Assembly (NCBI GenBank): GCA_964016885.1
Contig: OZ024743.1
Coordinates: forward strand, 306,962,001 to 307,026,000
Direction of reading: 5' to 3'
DNA: 64,000 nucleotides
Source of the DNA: Eledone cirrhosa
Lineage: Eukaryota
A program made the translations under genes and the position numbers. Shown one piece after another: positions 37,721-51,585 of this stretch (position 1 is its first letter; the number at the start of each line of letters is the position of its first letter). The notes under the pieces are model-generated. The model saw nothing but the letters and a program-made list of their open reading frames with translations, was not told the DNA's origin and made no database searches.

Positions 37721-38134
37721 CATTTCACAAAAACATATCACCCCTCCCAATATATTTCATCGCTGGCCTGTATAATCCTTGCTCAAATGTTCTGGTTTTA
37801 AACATTTTAAAAAGCATTTTGGATCGACTGTTGTATTTCCCAGAGGCATTGTAAGTGAAATGAGATAGTTTGTTTTGGGAACCGAAACTATTGTAAGTGT
37901 TGCAAGAATCATGGCATAAAAGATTAGCTGGCTGCGTACCAAATCTATAACCTAAACTCATTTCCCTGTTTGTAGAATGTCATTCAAAGACTTTGAGAAA
38001 TGTATGACTGCCACAAAATCCCATGTGGTTTTTCTTGTTTGACGTTATTTCAACTTACACTTGTGTAGGTTTAGCCGGCCTTATATGAGATTGCATCTTA
38101 AAGGCGGTCAATTCGGTGTCACCATTTTTTCCAG

Positions 38135-38435
38135 TGACGGGAGGCGAGATTTGAACTCAAAACACAAAGATCCAGAATAGATACTGCTTTTTTACTGTAC
38201 AATTCAACCAATGGACTGGTACTTTCTTTATCAATCGCGACAGGGTGAAAAACAAAGTTTACCTCGGTGAGATTTGAACTCAGATGGCAGATGCCCGTCG
38301 GGAACAACTACTGCAAGGTATTTTATACGACACTTTAACAATCTTGCCTCTCCGCTACTTTAGACTTGCAGTTTAGTTAGCTATCACGAAGATATGAAAG
38401 ACATCGTTTGCTTCGCGGAGATTTGAACTCAGGAA
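38135..38435 (-). mobile_element. Cluster of decayed SINE fragments
   Basis: Three GAGATTTGAACTCA B-box complements and a decayed core. Confidence 0.55.
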
Positions 38436-39408
38436 ACAGAGGGCCGCGGGGTAAACGTACCACAATGTAATCGGAGGTTGTAATATTTCTGCTAAATCAC
38501 CGTCCCACCCCATATTTTCCTACTATAAACCTTGTACCACAACAACAATATCAACCAATGTACTGGTGTAAGATGTCAATATATTAATAGACAACTGGAC
38601 TATATTCTGTATATATATATCATCATATCCTTTTTCTTTATTTCTCAAAAAAAAAAAACACCGGAAATCCAGGCCCATGACTTAAATTTGAAAAGCTCGT
38701 TTTGAATGGCTGTAGTGATATCTAAATAAACACAGTCAAACACTTTGTAATCTCAACATTGATTTGATCAGACAATATGTTGGAGTGGGCGAAATGTTTG
38801 TTCATATCACACGGTTTCTACAAATATTTACTTTATCCTTTATAATACAACACAAAGTGATTTTGTTTAAACATACCACATATTATATTATTGCTATTTG
38901 TCATTGTTGTTTCTGCTCTTTTTAGCACTACTTTAAGGTAGTGTTTAACCTGCTTTATAATTATATCAATGCAGAAGGCGTGTCATATAAGTACACTATT
39001 CTAATGTTATATAGTAACGTTTGTTGATGTTAAGAAGTATAATACTGTTTGTGTTATTTGACTATAATAAAGGCCGATATAGATCCATATAAAATATAAT
39101 TTACTGTGAACGTTACCGATCTAGTACCCACCAGGGTCATGGATGGGGGGGGGCTGCAGAGAGAACTAGTGCACCGCCTTCCTACATCCATCTCTGTTGC
39201 GGACCAGAAAATGGGTTGTCAAATAGGTTTTACTGGTCCATTTGTGATGTTATCCACCCACTTTTTTTTTTTTCTTCTGACTTTCTTACCTTCTATTACC
39301 CCTGACCTGTTCCTTGGAATGTGGTTTTGGTCAGTCCATCAGATCCTGCCACATAACTGTACCATCTGGCTGTGATCATATCACAGCTAACCCAGAACTC
39401 GTGTAAGA

Positions 39409-39455
39409 GCATTGTATGCGAGTATTTCAGAATTGTTATCCCTCTTCAGCAATAC
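39409..39455 (-). ncRNA. Compact type I hammerhead ribozyme motif
   Basis: Reverse complement reads GTATTG CTGAAGA GGGA-taacaa-TTCT GAA ATACTCGCAT A CAATGC, with a 6 bp stem I. Confidence 0.75.
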
Positions 39456-39937
39456 TTACTTCATAGTATTGTGGCATAAAAGACAATATATTCTTAAATA
39501 TTTTGTTAACAGACTATTATCGTTCAAACTTATTTACATATTTTTTTCACAGTTGCATCAAATATACAACACAAACTTTTATTTCTAGAATATAATCATA
39601 TAAAAACAATTGAACAGTATCTAATAAAAACAAAATACACTACAAAGGGAATAAAAAAGGAACAAAACAAAAAAAGGAAATGAAAAGAAAAAAGGATCAA
39701 GCAACGAAAGAAAAGGAGCGATGGAAGGACCACAAAGGCATTATTGTTTGAAATGTAAAATTCAGCTTGTGTTTCAGATGACGTTTCTGATAAAATATTT
39801 CGTTAAAACATCACAACATATCTTATGATAATATAATGAGATATATAGTAATTTGTGGATTCCCTTGCCTTCATAGTGTATCGATATACTATCGAATATC
39901 AAAGTTCAAAATTATAAAGTAAAGTTAATAGTTTTCC

Positions 39938-39988
<51 letters not shown>

Positions 39989-40049
39989 GTGTGTGTGCGT
40001 GTGCGTGTGTGTGTGTGTATGTGTGTGTGTGTGATTTTAAATGGTTAAA

Positions 40050-40300
40050 ACTACTCTTCCACAATACAACTGCTTTAGTTTCAACATACAGTCTCAAACA
40101 AAGTCAAACAAAGTCACTTGTCAGACATTCACAACTGTGGCTAAAATGACTATTGCTTTAGTTTCAACATCCAGTCTCAGATCAAGTCATTTGTCAGACA
40201 TGTAAACTGTGGGTGAAATTACTATTCCACAAAACAATGGCTTAAGTTTCAACAGATAGACTCAGATCAAGTCACTTGTCAGACATGTACAACTGTGGCT
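40050..40300. repeat. Three diverged tandem copies of a ~65-85 bp unit
   Basis: AGTTTCAACA...CTCAGATCAAGTCACTTGTCAGACAT...AACTGTGG recurs three times. Confidence 0.8.
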
Positions 40301-40584
40301 ACGGTGCAATTCCTGTCAACTGCAACAAGTAAAAAGTAAACAGAAATAACAAAGCAAACGACACATTACAATGTATATAACGCTTGAAATAGTAGGAGAA
40401 AGAAGATAGAATGAGAAATAAAAGATGAAATATAAATAGTGAGAAGAAGAAGGAAGGGGGAAAATTGAGAAAAAAAAGCACACGTGTGTATTCAGTCAGC
40501 CATTTTGGAGAGAGTGTGTGGCGTGTTGTAGAGAGGTACCGTATCACGTGTGTTTAAGGTGGGGAATTATTATTACCTCGATAT

Positions 40585-40677
<93 letters not shown>

Positions 40678-40689
40678 TAGAGTGAGAGA

Positions 40690-40746
<57 letters not shown>

Positions 40747-40753
40747 GGATACA

Positions 40754-40824
<71 letters not shown>

Positions 40825-40915
40825 ATATATACATATGTATATATGTATATATATATACAGAAATAATAACTCTCCATAATAAACACACGTGATACGATAC
40901 CTTTTCTACAACACA

Positions 40916-40970
<55 letters not shown>

Positions 40971-41061
40971 AAATTAGAATTTTATTTCTCGCTCTAGCAT
41001 AGCAGATACATATGTATGCATACTTACACATACATACACACACACACATATATATATATAT

Positions 41062-41114
<53 letters not shown>

Positions 41115-41470
41115 TTCCATTGTTGCATTAATATTTTTATGCTTACTTAATTCTAGGTTGTATAACTTGTAGAGTGCGCGAACCCGAGGCTTCTGGGTCG
41201 GTGGAGCGTCTCGCTGGCCACTGGCCCATGTCAATACAGATAGAACAAGATTTCAGCAGGCTTTACACCTCTAATTCTTTTCTTAAACATTATGTGTTTG
41301 GCTTGATTGATCAGCAATCAGTTGGCTGTCTTCTCTCTACAGCGTTCGAACAATCTTCGATATATTTATGTTTCTCTGTTAATATATATGTGTACCTGTA
41401 TTTATTTATTTGTGTATGTGTGTGCCAGCGTGTTAATATATAACAATGTATAAATATATAAATATATATA

Positions 41471-41549
<79 letters not shown>

Positions 41550-41601
41550 TTATATATACATACATATATATATATATAAATATATGCACACATACACACA
41601 C

Positions 41602-41653
<52 letters not shown>

Positions 41654-41749
41654 TTGTATATGCATTTATATAGAAAGTATAAATATATAGATAAACGCAT
41701 CTGTTAATGTTGAACACAAGGACATACATAAATAAAATAATACAAATTG

Positions 41750-41791
<42 letters not shown>

Positions 41792-41992
41792 TTTGTGTAT
41801 GTGTATGAGTGCATGTATGTGTATGTGTTTGTGTGTGTGGGTATATGTGTGTGTGCCTGTGTGTGTGGGTATTTGTGTGTCTGTTTGAAAATGCGTATGT
41901 GTGCATGTGTATGTATGCGTGTGTAAATATATATATATATGTTTGCATATGTGCATGAGTGCATGTCTGTGTATGTGAGCATATTTGTATGC

Positions 41993-42047
<55 letters not shown>

Positions 42048-42049
42048 TA

Positions 42050-42139
<90 letters not shown>

Positions 42140-42453
42140 CAGGCCGCACGCATCACAAAAATATGAACAGTTATATCACCGAAAGAATATTGACTAAGAA
42201 ATCAAGAACAACTGTAACTAGTACCACTACCATTACCACTATCACTACTACCATAACTACTACTACAACTACAACTACAACTACTACTACTGATACTACT
42301 ACTACTACCACCACACTACTACCACTACCATACTACTACCACCACCACTACCATTACCACTATCACTACTACCACCAATACTACTACCACCACACTACTA
42401 CCACTACCATACTACTGACACTACTACTACTACTACCACCATGACTACTACTA

Positions 42454-42488
<35 letters not shown>

Positions 42489-43238
42489 ACTAATACTACG
42501 ACTACTACTGTTACGTCTACTACTATGACCACTACTATTATCACTACTACTAATGATAATACTACTGGTGCTACTACTACTACTGCTACTACTACCATCA
42601 CTACTACTGCTGCTACTGCTTCTACTACTACCAGTAGTAGTAGAAGCAGCAGCAGCAGCTACAATAACCAAAACGGCAACGACAACACCAACAACAACAA
42701 TAATAACAGCCACCGACACCATAATAACAACAATAGCAACAATAACAACACCAACAATAATAACAATAACAATAACAATAATAATAGTTGACCATTGCTT
42801 TTTTCTGTCTTTGTTTTGTATTGCGTTTTGTGTTTTTTATTCTGAACCAATATTGAATGGCAATATTTCCAAGATGGCGTTTTCCAATATTTTCGATGCT
42901 TGGAAAGTCAGCAACCCTAAAGACTGGTGTTGAGAACGGGCAGATCGTAACCGAAATCTACAGTTATATTTACACACTTACATACATATATATATAAACA
43001 TACATATATACAAACATGCATATATACAAACAACCTCACATATATACACATACATATGTACAAGCAACTTCACACATACACACATACTAACAACTTCACA
43101 CATAAGCACATACATGGATACATACACATACATACGTACATACATGGATACGTACACATACATACGTACATATATACATGCATACATACATATATACATG
43201 CATACATACATACATACATACATACATACATACATACA

Positions 43239-43274
<36 letters not shown>

Positions 43275-43437
43275 TATACATACATACATATACATATACA
43301 TACATACGTATATATGTGTATATGTATACATGCATACATATACTTACAAACCACCCCAAGCACACATACAAACACAAACATATGCATGTAAATATTTGTA
43401 CAATATATGTATACATATATGTGTATGTATGTATATG

Positions 43438-43482
<45 letters not shown>

Positions 43483-43553
43483 GTATGTTTATGTCTATGT
43501 ATATGTTTATATATATATATATATGTGTTTGTGTATGTATGTATATATATATG

Positions 43554-43586
<33 letters not shown>

Positions 43587-43622
43587 ATATATATATATTA
43601 TATATATACACATGTATACATC

Positions 43623-43654
<32 letters not shown>

Positions 43655-43677
43655 ATATGTATATATATACACATGTA

Positions 43678-43751
<74 letters not shown>

Positions 43752-43757
43752 GAGAGA

Positions 43758-43807
<50 letters not shown>

Positions 43808-43860
43808 TATATATGTGTATATGGATGAATGTATATGTATATGAGTGTACGTTTGTGTGT
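40585..43860. repeat. Compound microsatellite field: (TA)n, (GA)n, (TG)n, (CTA)n, (AAC/AAT)n, (CATA)n
   Basis: Direct inspection. Short unique spacers lie between the tracts. Confidence 0.9.
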
Positions 43861-44370
43861 ATCTAAGGTGTCAAAAAATTGTCCATTTATTGTCTTCAGG
43901 TTTTTGTAACGTATTTTATTTATCTTGAGTTTGTTATTTCTATATATTTATGTTACTGGTATCGCTAGTAAATGGCCAGTGTAGTATTTGTAATTTTTGC
44001 TGTATCCTTATTTTTTTTTTCTTCCTTTTTCTTTTCAATTGCTTTGTTACATTGTTTGTTTTCTCTATATTCTTTGAAAATATCGCACCATGTTTTATAG
44101 TTGAAAGAATGAATTGTTTCATTAGGAGGTCAAAGCAGAAGAAACGATATATTATTGTTACACATACTGTTTGTTTTTGTTTATATGTTTTCCTTTAGTT
44201 TGTGTCTATGTTTGTTATGTTGGTCTTGTTTGCTAATAATTTTCTTTTCCTGTTTTTGTTTTTATGTGTGTGTTTTTCGTTTGTTTTTTTTTATCATATG
44301 TTAAATATGGTCGATTGAATCGACTCGGAAGAATACGAGGTATTCCTGACAATTAATCTCATGCATTTTA

Positions 44371-44401
<31 letters not shown>

Positions 44402-44483
44402 TATTGCCTTGTGTTACCTTGTGTTTCCACAATAGTTGCGTTTTCATAATTCTTTAGGTATCTCGTGCGTACGTATATATATA

Positions 44484-44627
44484 TAAGAAAGAAAGTGTGG
44501 TAAGAAACCAGGTGGTCCATAATGCACCAGAGTAGTCATTACTTAGGGTAGGAGAGTGGGTAATAGAAAAAGAGTCAAGCTGTCGAAACAGCCAGAGCTC
44601 AGCCGTCGGGGTCCTGACTCTTTTCCT
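44484..44627 (-). mobile_element. Family A mini-element copy 8 (subfamily of copy 3, one arm deleted)
   Basis: GAAAAAGAGTCA / TGACTCTTTTC arms with GAAACAGC-cagagctca-GCCGTC. (TA)n flanks. Confidence 0.75.
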
Positions 44628-44628
44628 A

Positions 44629-44663
<35 letters not shown>

Positions 44664-44698
44664 CTTTATATATATATATATATAGATATATATATAAA

Positions 44699-44877
<179 letters not shown>

Positions 44878-45018
44878 TATATATATATGGAAAGTTATAT
44901 TTAAAATTGTTGGGTTACAACTAGTAAATATTTATAACTGATATAAAAGCACTCGACAAATATTTGGAGTATATTTACAATATTAAATAAATGGAAACTA
45001 TATTTATAAAACCATATT

Positions 45019-45084
45019 TATTTCATTATATATATTTCGGGGATACCATATTAACAATATGCTATGCCTTCCTCAGACAAAATA
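45019..45084 (-). ncRNA. Hammerhead motif in the inverted PLE arm
   Basis: Exact reverse complement of 45597-45662. Confidence 0.78.
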
Positions 45085-45596
45085 CAATATAAACAGTTTT
45101 ATAGATAAATAGATTCGACATACCGTAACAACACTCGAATATATCTGGCTATTTTTTAAATTTTTTCTCTCGTTATTTTTTCTCTCTATATATTCTTTCT
45201 CTCTCTATATATCTCCCTTACATTAATACTAGAGCTAAATAAATAAATAAATAAATAAATAAATGTACCATTGATACATTTACTCAACTGACCTCCCACT
45301 ACCTAATTTTCTATATATATATTTATCTATCTCTATTTCCTCTCTCTCTCTATATATATATCTCTTTCTGTTTCTTTACATGAAGTTCTTCTCTTTATCT
45401 ATCTCTCCATCTCTCTACTTTATTCCATGCATTTCTTCTTTTTCTTCCTTTTCTTCGTTTTCTGTCTTTCTTTCTTTTTTTCTCTCTTTCTTTCTCTCTG
45501 TGTAAAATTTTTTCACTGCCAGCTCAACCTCTTCAAATGCAAGTCGGTGTTGTTACGGTATGTCGAATCTATTTATCTATAAAACTGTTTATATTG

Positions 45597-45662
45597 TATT
45601 TTGTCTGAGGAAGGCATAGCATATTGTTAATATGGTATCCCCGAAATATATATAATGAAATA
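45597..45662 (+). ncRNA. Minimal type I hammerhead in the 5' pseudo-LTR
   Basis: Stem I TATTTTGT/ATGAAATA, CTGAGGA, CATATT-gtt-AATATG stem II, GAAA TATATATA. Confidence 0.8.
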
Positions 45663-45841
45663 AATATGGTTTTATAAATATAGTTTCCATTTATTTAATA
45701 TTGTAAATATACTCCAAATATTTGTCGAGTGCTTTTATATCAGTTATAAATATTTACTAGTTGTAACCCAACAATTTTAAATATAACTTTCCATGTATCT
45801 TGCTCCAATACTGTTGAGCGCTTTATATTATAACTGGAAAA

Positions 45842-48059
45842 ATGGAATTCTTTAAGATTACTTCCTCTCTAAAAGACATACCTCTACCTAGAAACAAAGA
45901 CTTTATAAAACAATTAATAGATAAATCTGACTCTTTTATAAGGAGAATCAGGTGGCGTGCATTCCACTTTGATAAATCTAATGCAAACGAAAATGTCTCG
46001 GACTTAAACAAAGTTTTCAAATCTAAAAGAAATCCACCCCCTAACAAACTTTTATCTGACTTTGAAAACGATATAATTTCTATCATACAAGGGGTCAAAT
46101 TCAAGAGAAACTTCAAAGGCCAGGAATATCTGAAAGGCATTAAGGATAACATTGAGAGCTTAGAGAAAACTGAGAAGATCTTGGTGAAATCTGACAAGAC
46201 CAACAACCTCTATGGAGTGCAGAAAGACATGTAAAGACATACTGAAAGAGCTGAGGAAAAAGTACAAGGTAGCAGATAAGGCCGAACTTGAGAAAATGAA
46301 TGTCGAAGCATCTTGTATAATGCACGAGTTGGAAATTGAGAACAGAACACAACCTTTCGTGCCCAGGAAACCGAAGATCAATATGAAGGATCACAAGAGG
46401 AATTTTGAAAATGACCTGCCAGTTAGATTGATCGCACCATCAAAATCGGACCTGGGCAAATTAAGCAAAAACATTCTTGACAGGGTGATACAGCAAATTA
46501 AGAACTTGGATTGTGTATCTAACCTGAGCTTGTGGAAGGGAACTGGAGAGGTTGTTGAGTGGTTTAAGCAAATTAAATATAACAATAATAATAGGTTTAT
46601 TCAACTTGATATAGCTAACTATTATTCTTCTATTACCCCTAGTCTACTAAATAAGGCACTAAATTACGCATTCAAACATACTGACCTAACTAGCAAAGAA
46701 ATGCATATTATATTATCGGCTAGGAAAACTTTGATAGAATTTAATGACAAATTATGGACCAGAGCAGATAGAGATAGCAATTTTGACATAACTATGGGAT
46801 CATCCGACTCAGCTCAGGTAACTGACCTTGTGGGCTTATTTTTAATCAATTCGCTACATAGGAAAATACCTGGTACTACCGGAGGTTTATATAGAGATGA
46901 CATGCTTTTACTTATTAATAATAATAACCCTGAACTAAATAGAAAATGTAAACAAATTACAAAATTTTTTAATTACTTTAATCTTAAAATAGAAATTGAG
47001 AACAACCATAGAATAGTCAATTTCCTAGATATAACATTAAATCTCAACACATGTCTCCACTATCCTTTTCACAAGTTGAATGAAAACTTAAACTATGTCA
47101 ACTTTAACTCTAACCACCCCAGATCTGTCAAAAACACTATTGTAAACTCTGTTCAAAAACGTATCTCTAGGATCTCGTCGAATAGAAAGATTTTCGACGA
47201 AAAGGCCCAATACTATAATGAAGCATTAGCTAGAGCAGGATATGCTGATAAGATTGTGTACATAGATAATGATAGACAAACTAAACAAAGTAACAACTTT
47301 TTTAATTACGGCAACAACCTTAACAACTATAATAGAAAGCATTACAATAATTCCAAAGGCCAAAAAAGAAATAGAACTAGGAACATAATTTGGTTTGCCC
47401 CCCCCCCCCCTCCTTTCTCACTAAACATTAAAACCCACATCGCTAAACTATTTTTCAAAGCTCTTGATAATCGCTTCCCTAGAACACATAGGTATCACTC
47501 AATTTTCAATAGGCATACAATTAAATTAACCTACTCATCCACCAAAAATTTAGCACAAAATATTAATAGAATAAATAATAGGAACTTAAAACCTAGTGAT
47601 AATAGCATAAATAATATACAAGTTAACAAATGTAACTGTAGAGATAGATCTAAATGTCCGTTAAATAACAACTGCTTAGTTAAAAATATAGTATACAATT
47701 GTAATGTTAATACTGACTCTAATTCTTTTAACTACGTCGGTTCCACATCGACGGAATTTAAACTTCGCTATAATAACCACAAGAATTCTTTCACAGATCC
47801 AAGCAAAAAATCTTCAACGGCACTATCAGGCGTACTCTGGCAACTTAAGCTAGATAACGTTAGATATTCGACGGCTTGGAATATAGTCTCAAGAGGGATT
47901 CCTTTTAATTCATCCTCTGAGACATGTGACCTCTGCGCAGAGGAGATATTCTTTATACTAAAATCTAAAAATTCCCTTAATCTACGGACAAATTTATTCA
48001 GTTGTTGCAAACATAGATTAAACTCAACGTTTAAATATAAATTTAAATTTAAAATGTAG
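45842..48059 (+). CDS. PLE RT + GIY-YIG protein with one frameshift near 46230; CxCx5C linker consistent with the Nematis type
   Basis: KSDKT, IQLDIANYY, FDITMGSSDSAQ, YRDD, NFLDI, SNHP, CNCRDRSKCPL, NIVY...YVGST, RYNNH, CDLC. Confidence 0.9.
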
Positions 48060-49418
48060 TATATTTAGTTTGATTTATATTTATATGGGAAACTAGCCGA
48101 TAAATCTTTGATTCCTTCTTTTTATTCTTTTTTATTGTTTATTTTTATTTTATTTTTATTTAAACATTCCTCATGAAAAATTAAGCTACCCTAAAAGCTG
48201 ATGCTCCAAATATTTTGAATAAACCTTACACTAGATAAACCTCTATATTAAATATAAGAACACATGTAGACCAAATTGGGCACCATAAACTTTTTGAAAT
48301 GATCTTTGCTAGATGTGATTTGATAGATAATTTTTGGCTTTGTCTGTTTTTCGACTCTGATGCTTATAATGAACTTGGCAATATATTGTCAATTAATTTT
48401 GAAGGGTTGATCTTTGTGGTTTATTTTTAATATTTATTTTTTATTATTGTAGTATTTTCTAATATTTTTTTATTTTTATTTTTAATATCTTTAATATGTA
48501 AATTTTTTAATATGTAATATTTTTAATATGTAATATTCTTTCGTAATTTTTTTTAGTTTTCTATTTTATTATTACTTATTATTATTATTGTTATTTTTTT
48601 AGTTTTGTTTCTGATATATATTTTTATTAGTATATTGAAATCTGCTCTCTATTTCTGCTTGATAGATAATCTTGTAGAGTAAAGACAGGAATAATAATAC
48701 ACATATATGTATACTCAAATTTTTATACCACATTGAGAGTGTTTTCCGTGAACCTAGAGTTTGCAGAGTTGATCAAGTGGATTCACATGGATGTTTGTAG
48801 CTATCACATAAACATATGAATTTTTTTAAAAAACTAAACATAAGATAATTAATTTTCACACACTATGGATACTTGTCTCATTCAGGAATACTGATATTTA
48901 CAATATAGTGGAAGTTTTATAAATACTAATACATTAAAACATAGGGTTTTTACGCCTCGAATATATCTGGCTATTTTTTTTATTTTTTCTCTCGCTATTT
49001 TTTCTCTATATATATTCTTTCTCTCTATATATATCTCCCTTACATTAATACTAGAGCTAAATAAATAAATAAATAAATAAATAAATGTACCATTGATACA
49101 TTTACTCAACTGACCTCCCACTACCTAATTTTCTATATATATATGTATCTATCTCTATTTCCTCTCTCTATATATATATATATCTCTTTCTGTTTCTTTA
49201 CATGAAATTCTTCTCTTTATCTATCTCTCCATCTCTCTACTTTATTCCATGCATTTCTTCTTTTTCTTCCTTTTCTTCGTTTTCTGTCTTTCTTTCTTTT
49301 TTTCTCTCTTTCTTTCTCTCTGTGTAAAATTTTTTCACTGCCAGCTCAACCTCTTCAAATGCAAGTCGGTGTTGTTACGGTATGTCGAATCTATTTATCT
49401 ATAAAACTGTTTATATTG

Positions 49419-49484
49419 TATTTTGTCTGAGGAAGGCATAGCATATTGTTAATATGGTATCCCCGAAATATATATAACGAAATA
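49419..49484 (+). ncRNA. Minimal type I hammerhead in the 3' pseudo-LTR
   Basis: Same as 45597-45662 but with ACGAAATA, which gives a G-C pair in place of G-U in stem I. Confidence 0.82.
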
Positions 49485-49521
49485 AATATGGTTTTATAAA
49501 TATAGTTTCCATTTATTTAAT

Positions 49522-49584
<63 letters not shown>

Positions 49585-49682
49585 CTTAATACTAACCAAT
49601 ACTATTACTAATTATCACTTATTCCTAATTAAACTATTTTTCACTGTGAACAATTTGTCAGCATTTTCTATTCCGTTTACCA

Positions 49683-49752
<70 letters not shown>

Positions 49753-50113
49753 ATATGTATGTATGTGTGTGCGTGTGTGTGTGCGTGTGAGAGAGTGTGT
49801 GTGTGTAAACGGTAAACAGAAATAACAACACAATCGGTACAGTATATGGAAGGGACATATTAGGTTAACGCTTGATATAGCAGGAAGAGGGTCAAACGTT
49901 ACGATCGCTAGTCCTTCATCAGAAAAAAAGAATGAGAAATAAGATAGATTGAGGGGACGAGTAGTTGGAATAGGAAAAAATGTCTTCAGATAAAAATAAC
50001 AGGTCCATTCATGTTGACATATATATAGTAATAATAATAAATTTGAAGACTAAAATCCAAAGAGGGTTCGATAAGGATAAATATATATCAAATATATAAG
50101 AACCGTAGAGTAA

Positions 50114-50250
50114 ATATTTATTACAATAACAGATTAAAGTTTAAGCAAAGAATCGCTGTTTTCACCCTTAACGGGATCTTCAGAAGATCCCGTTAAGGGT
50201 GAAAGCAGCGATTCTTTGCTTAAACTTTAATCTGTTATTTTAATAAATAT
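50114..50250. repeat. 137 bp near-perfect palindrome whose axis (50182) lies on a hammerhead CTGAAGA box
   Basis: Centre GATCTTC-a-GAAGATC. Minus strand reads CTGAAGA TCCC-gttaa-GGGT GAAA ACAGCGATTC. Confidence 0.85.
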
Positions 50251-50435
50251 ATATATATATATATATATAGTTGTTATATAGTAAGGCGCATTATTGGTTT
50301 TGTAAAATGGACCAATAACTTTATGTTAGCAATATTAAGTTCTCCACGCTTTTGTATATCTCCAATTCCATTCGAGGGAACAGCTAGATGATGTAAAACG
50401 GAGTATAATTTTACCTTGCCTTCGGATTTTCATTT

Positions 50436-50506
<71 letters not shown>

Positions 50507-50509
<3 letters not shown>

Positions 50510-50590
50510 CGCATGTACTCGAATATGAGCCGAGCAAAATGTGACCAAAAATTGATGGTAAAATGGGGATCGGCTCATATTTGGGATCAA
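50507..50590 (+). mobile_element. Possible Tc2/pogo-type DNA transposon terminus
   Basis: After TA comes GCGCATGTACTCGAATATGAGCCGA, with an internal inverted block TCGGCTCATATTTG. This resembles Tc2-like ends from recollection only. Confidence 0.4.
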
Positions 50591-50746
50591 TATTTGAACG
50601 ATTTTCAACAAATTCTAGGTAAATAAAGTGCTAGAATATCTTGAAACACTGTTTTTCTACATTTACTATATCGACAGGAGTTATACTTATAAATTGCCTT
50701 GAGAACATTCCTACAATGTTTTACTATTTGAACATGTTAATACATC

Positions 50747-50872
50747 AGGCGGCGGATTGGCAGAGTCGTTAGGACATCAGATAGAATGCTTTATGGTATT
50801 CGTTTCGATTCTCTGATCTCTGAGTTCAAATCCCACTGAAATGAACTTCGCCTTTCATCCATTTGAGGTCGT
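50747..50872 (+). mobile_element. tRNA-derived SINE 5' part
   Basis: TGGCAGAGTCG, GAGTTCAAATCCC and GCCTTTCATCC. Confidence 0.8.
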
Positions 50873-51019
50873 ATCTCTTTCTCACTTCCATTCGTTAACT
50901 CACTCTGCTGTATTCAGGTCTGGGGAGGAAATGGACACCGCTAAGTTTTAAAACCCCTAGAAATACTGTATGTCAATACGGTGCCCCCCCCCCCCCCCCC
51001 CCCCCCCGTATATTTTTTT

Positions 51020-51208
51020 GGCAAGATTGTAAAAGAAAAGAAATTGTCATCCCTTGAATCGCAAGAATGTTTTGCAAATTTTGAAGGTGCCAGCTATCGC
51101 AGCCATTTCTAGACTATGAATTAGGGGGCTGCGCTCTTTGTCCGCAAATCCAAGTTCAGTCATACTTTGGTCCAAGCAGATTGGTATATAATCCGTAGCT
51201 CCAATAAT
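51020..51208 (-). mobile_element. RLE-type LINE extreme 3' fragment starting in (TACA)n
   Basis: IIIGATDYI...LGF...GTFKICKTF is homologous to the end of ORF 51701-52027. Confidence 0.65.
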
Positions 51209-51438
51209 GATGTATGTATGTATGTATGTATGTATGTATGTATGTATGTATGTATGTATGTATGTATGTATGTATGTATGTATGTATGTATGTATGTATG
51301 TATGTATGTATGTATGTATGTATGTATGTATGTATGTATGTACATATGTATGAATGTATGTATATATGTAATTATAGAATGTTCTATACTTACATAATGC
51401 ACTCAGAAAACAAAGCCAACAATAAACAAGACATCTAC

Positions 51439-51483
<45 letters not shown>

Positions 51484-51585
51484 TCCCATGCATAATCCAT
51501 TCCTACATACATACATACATACATACATACATACATACATACATACATACATACATACATACATACATACATACATACATACATA

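Larger units (their letters stand above)
44888..49525 (+). mobile_element. Near-intact Penelope-like element with pseudo-LTRs and a 5' inverted arm, inserted in (TA)n
   Basis: Inverted arm 44888-45134 is the reverse complement of 45547-45793. Direct repeats at ~45135-45704 and ~48956-49525. ORF 45842-48059. Confidence 0.95.

Noticed and set aside
37725-37961. Short minus-strand ORFs in unique-looking sequence as a host exon
   Set aside because: No recognisable domain or clear splice sites, so it cannot be supported without a search.
42868-42933. CAAGATGGCG start-codon or YY1-like motif with a 19-codon frame
   Set aside because: A single short motif with no supporting exon structure.
49890-49921. 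Minus-strand CTGATGA...GTAACG hammerhead candidate
   Set aside because: The GAAA box is mutated and stems I and III are not convincing.
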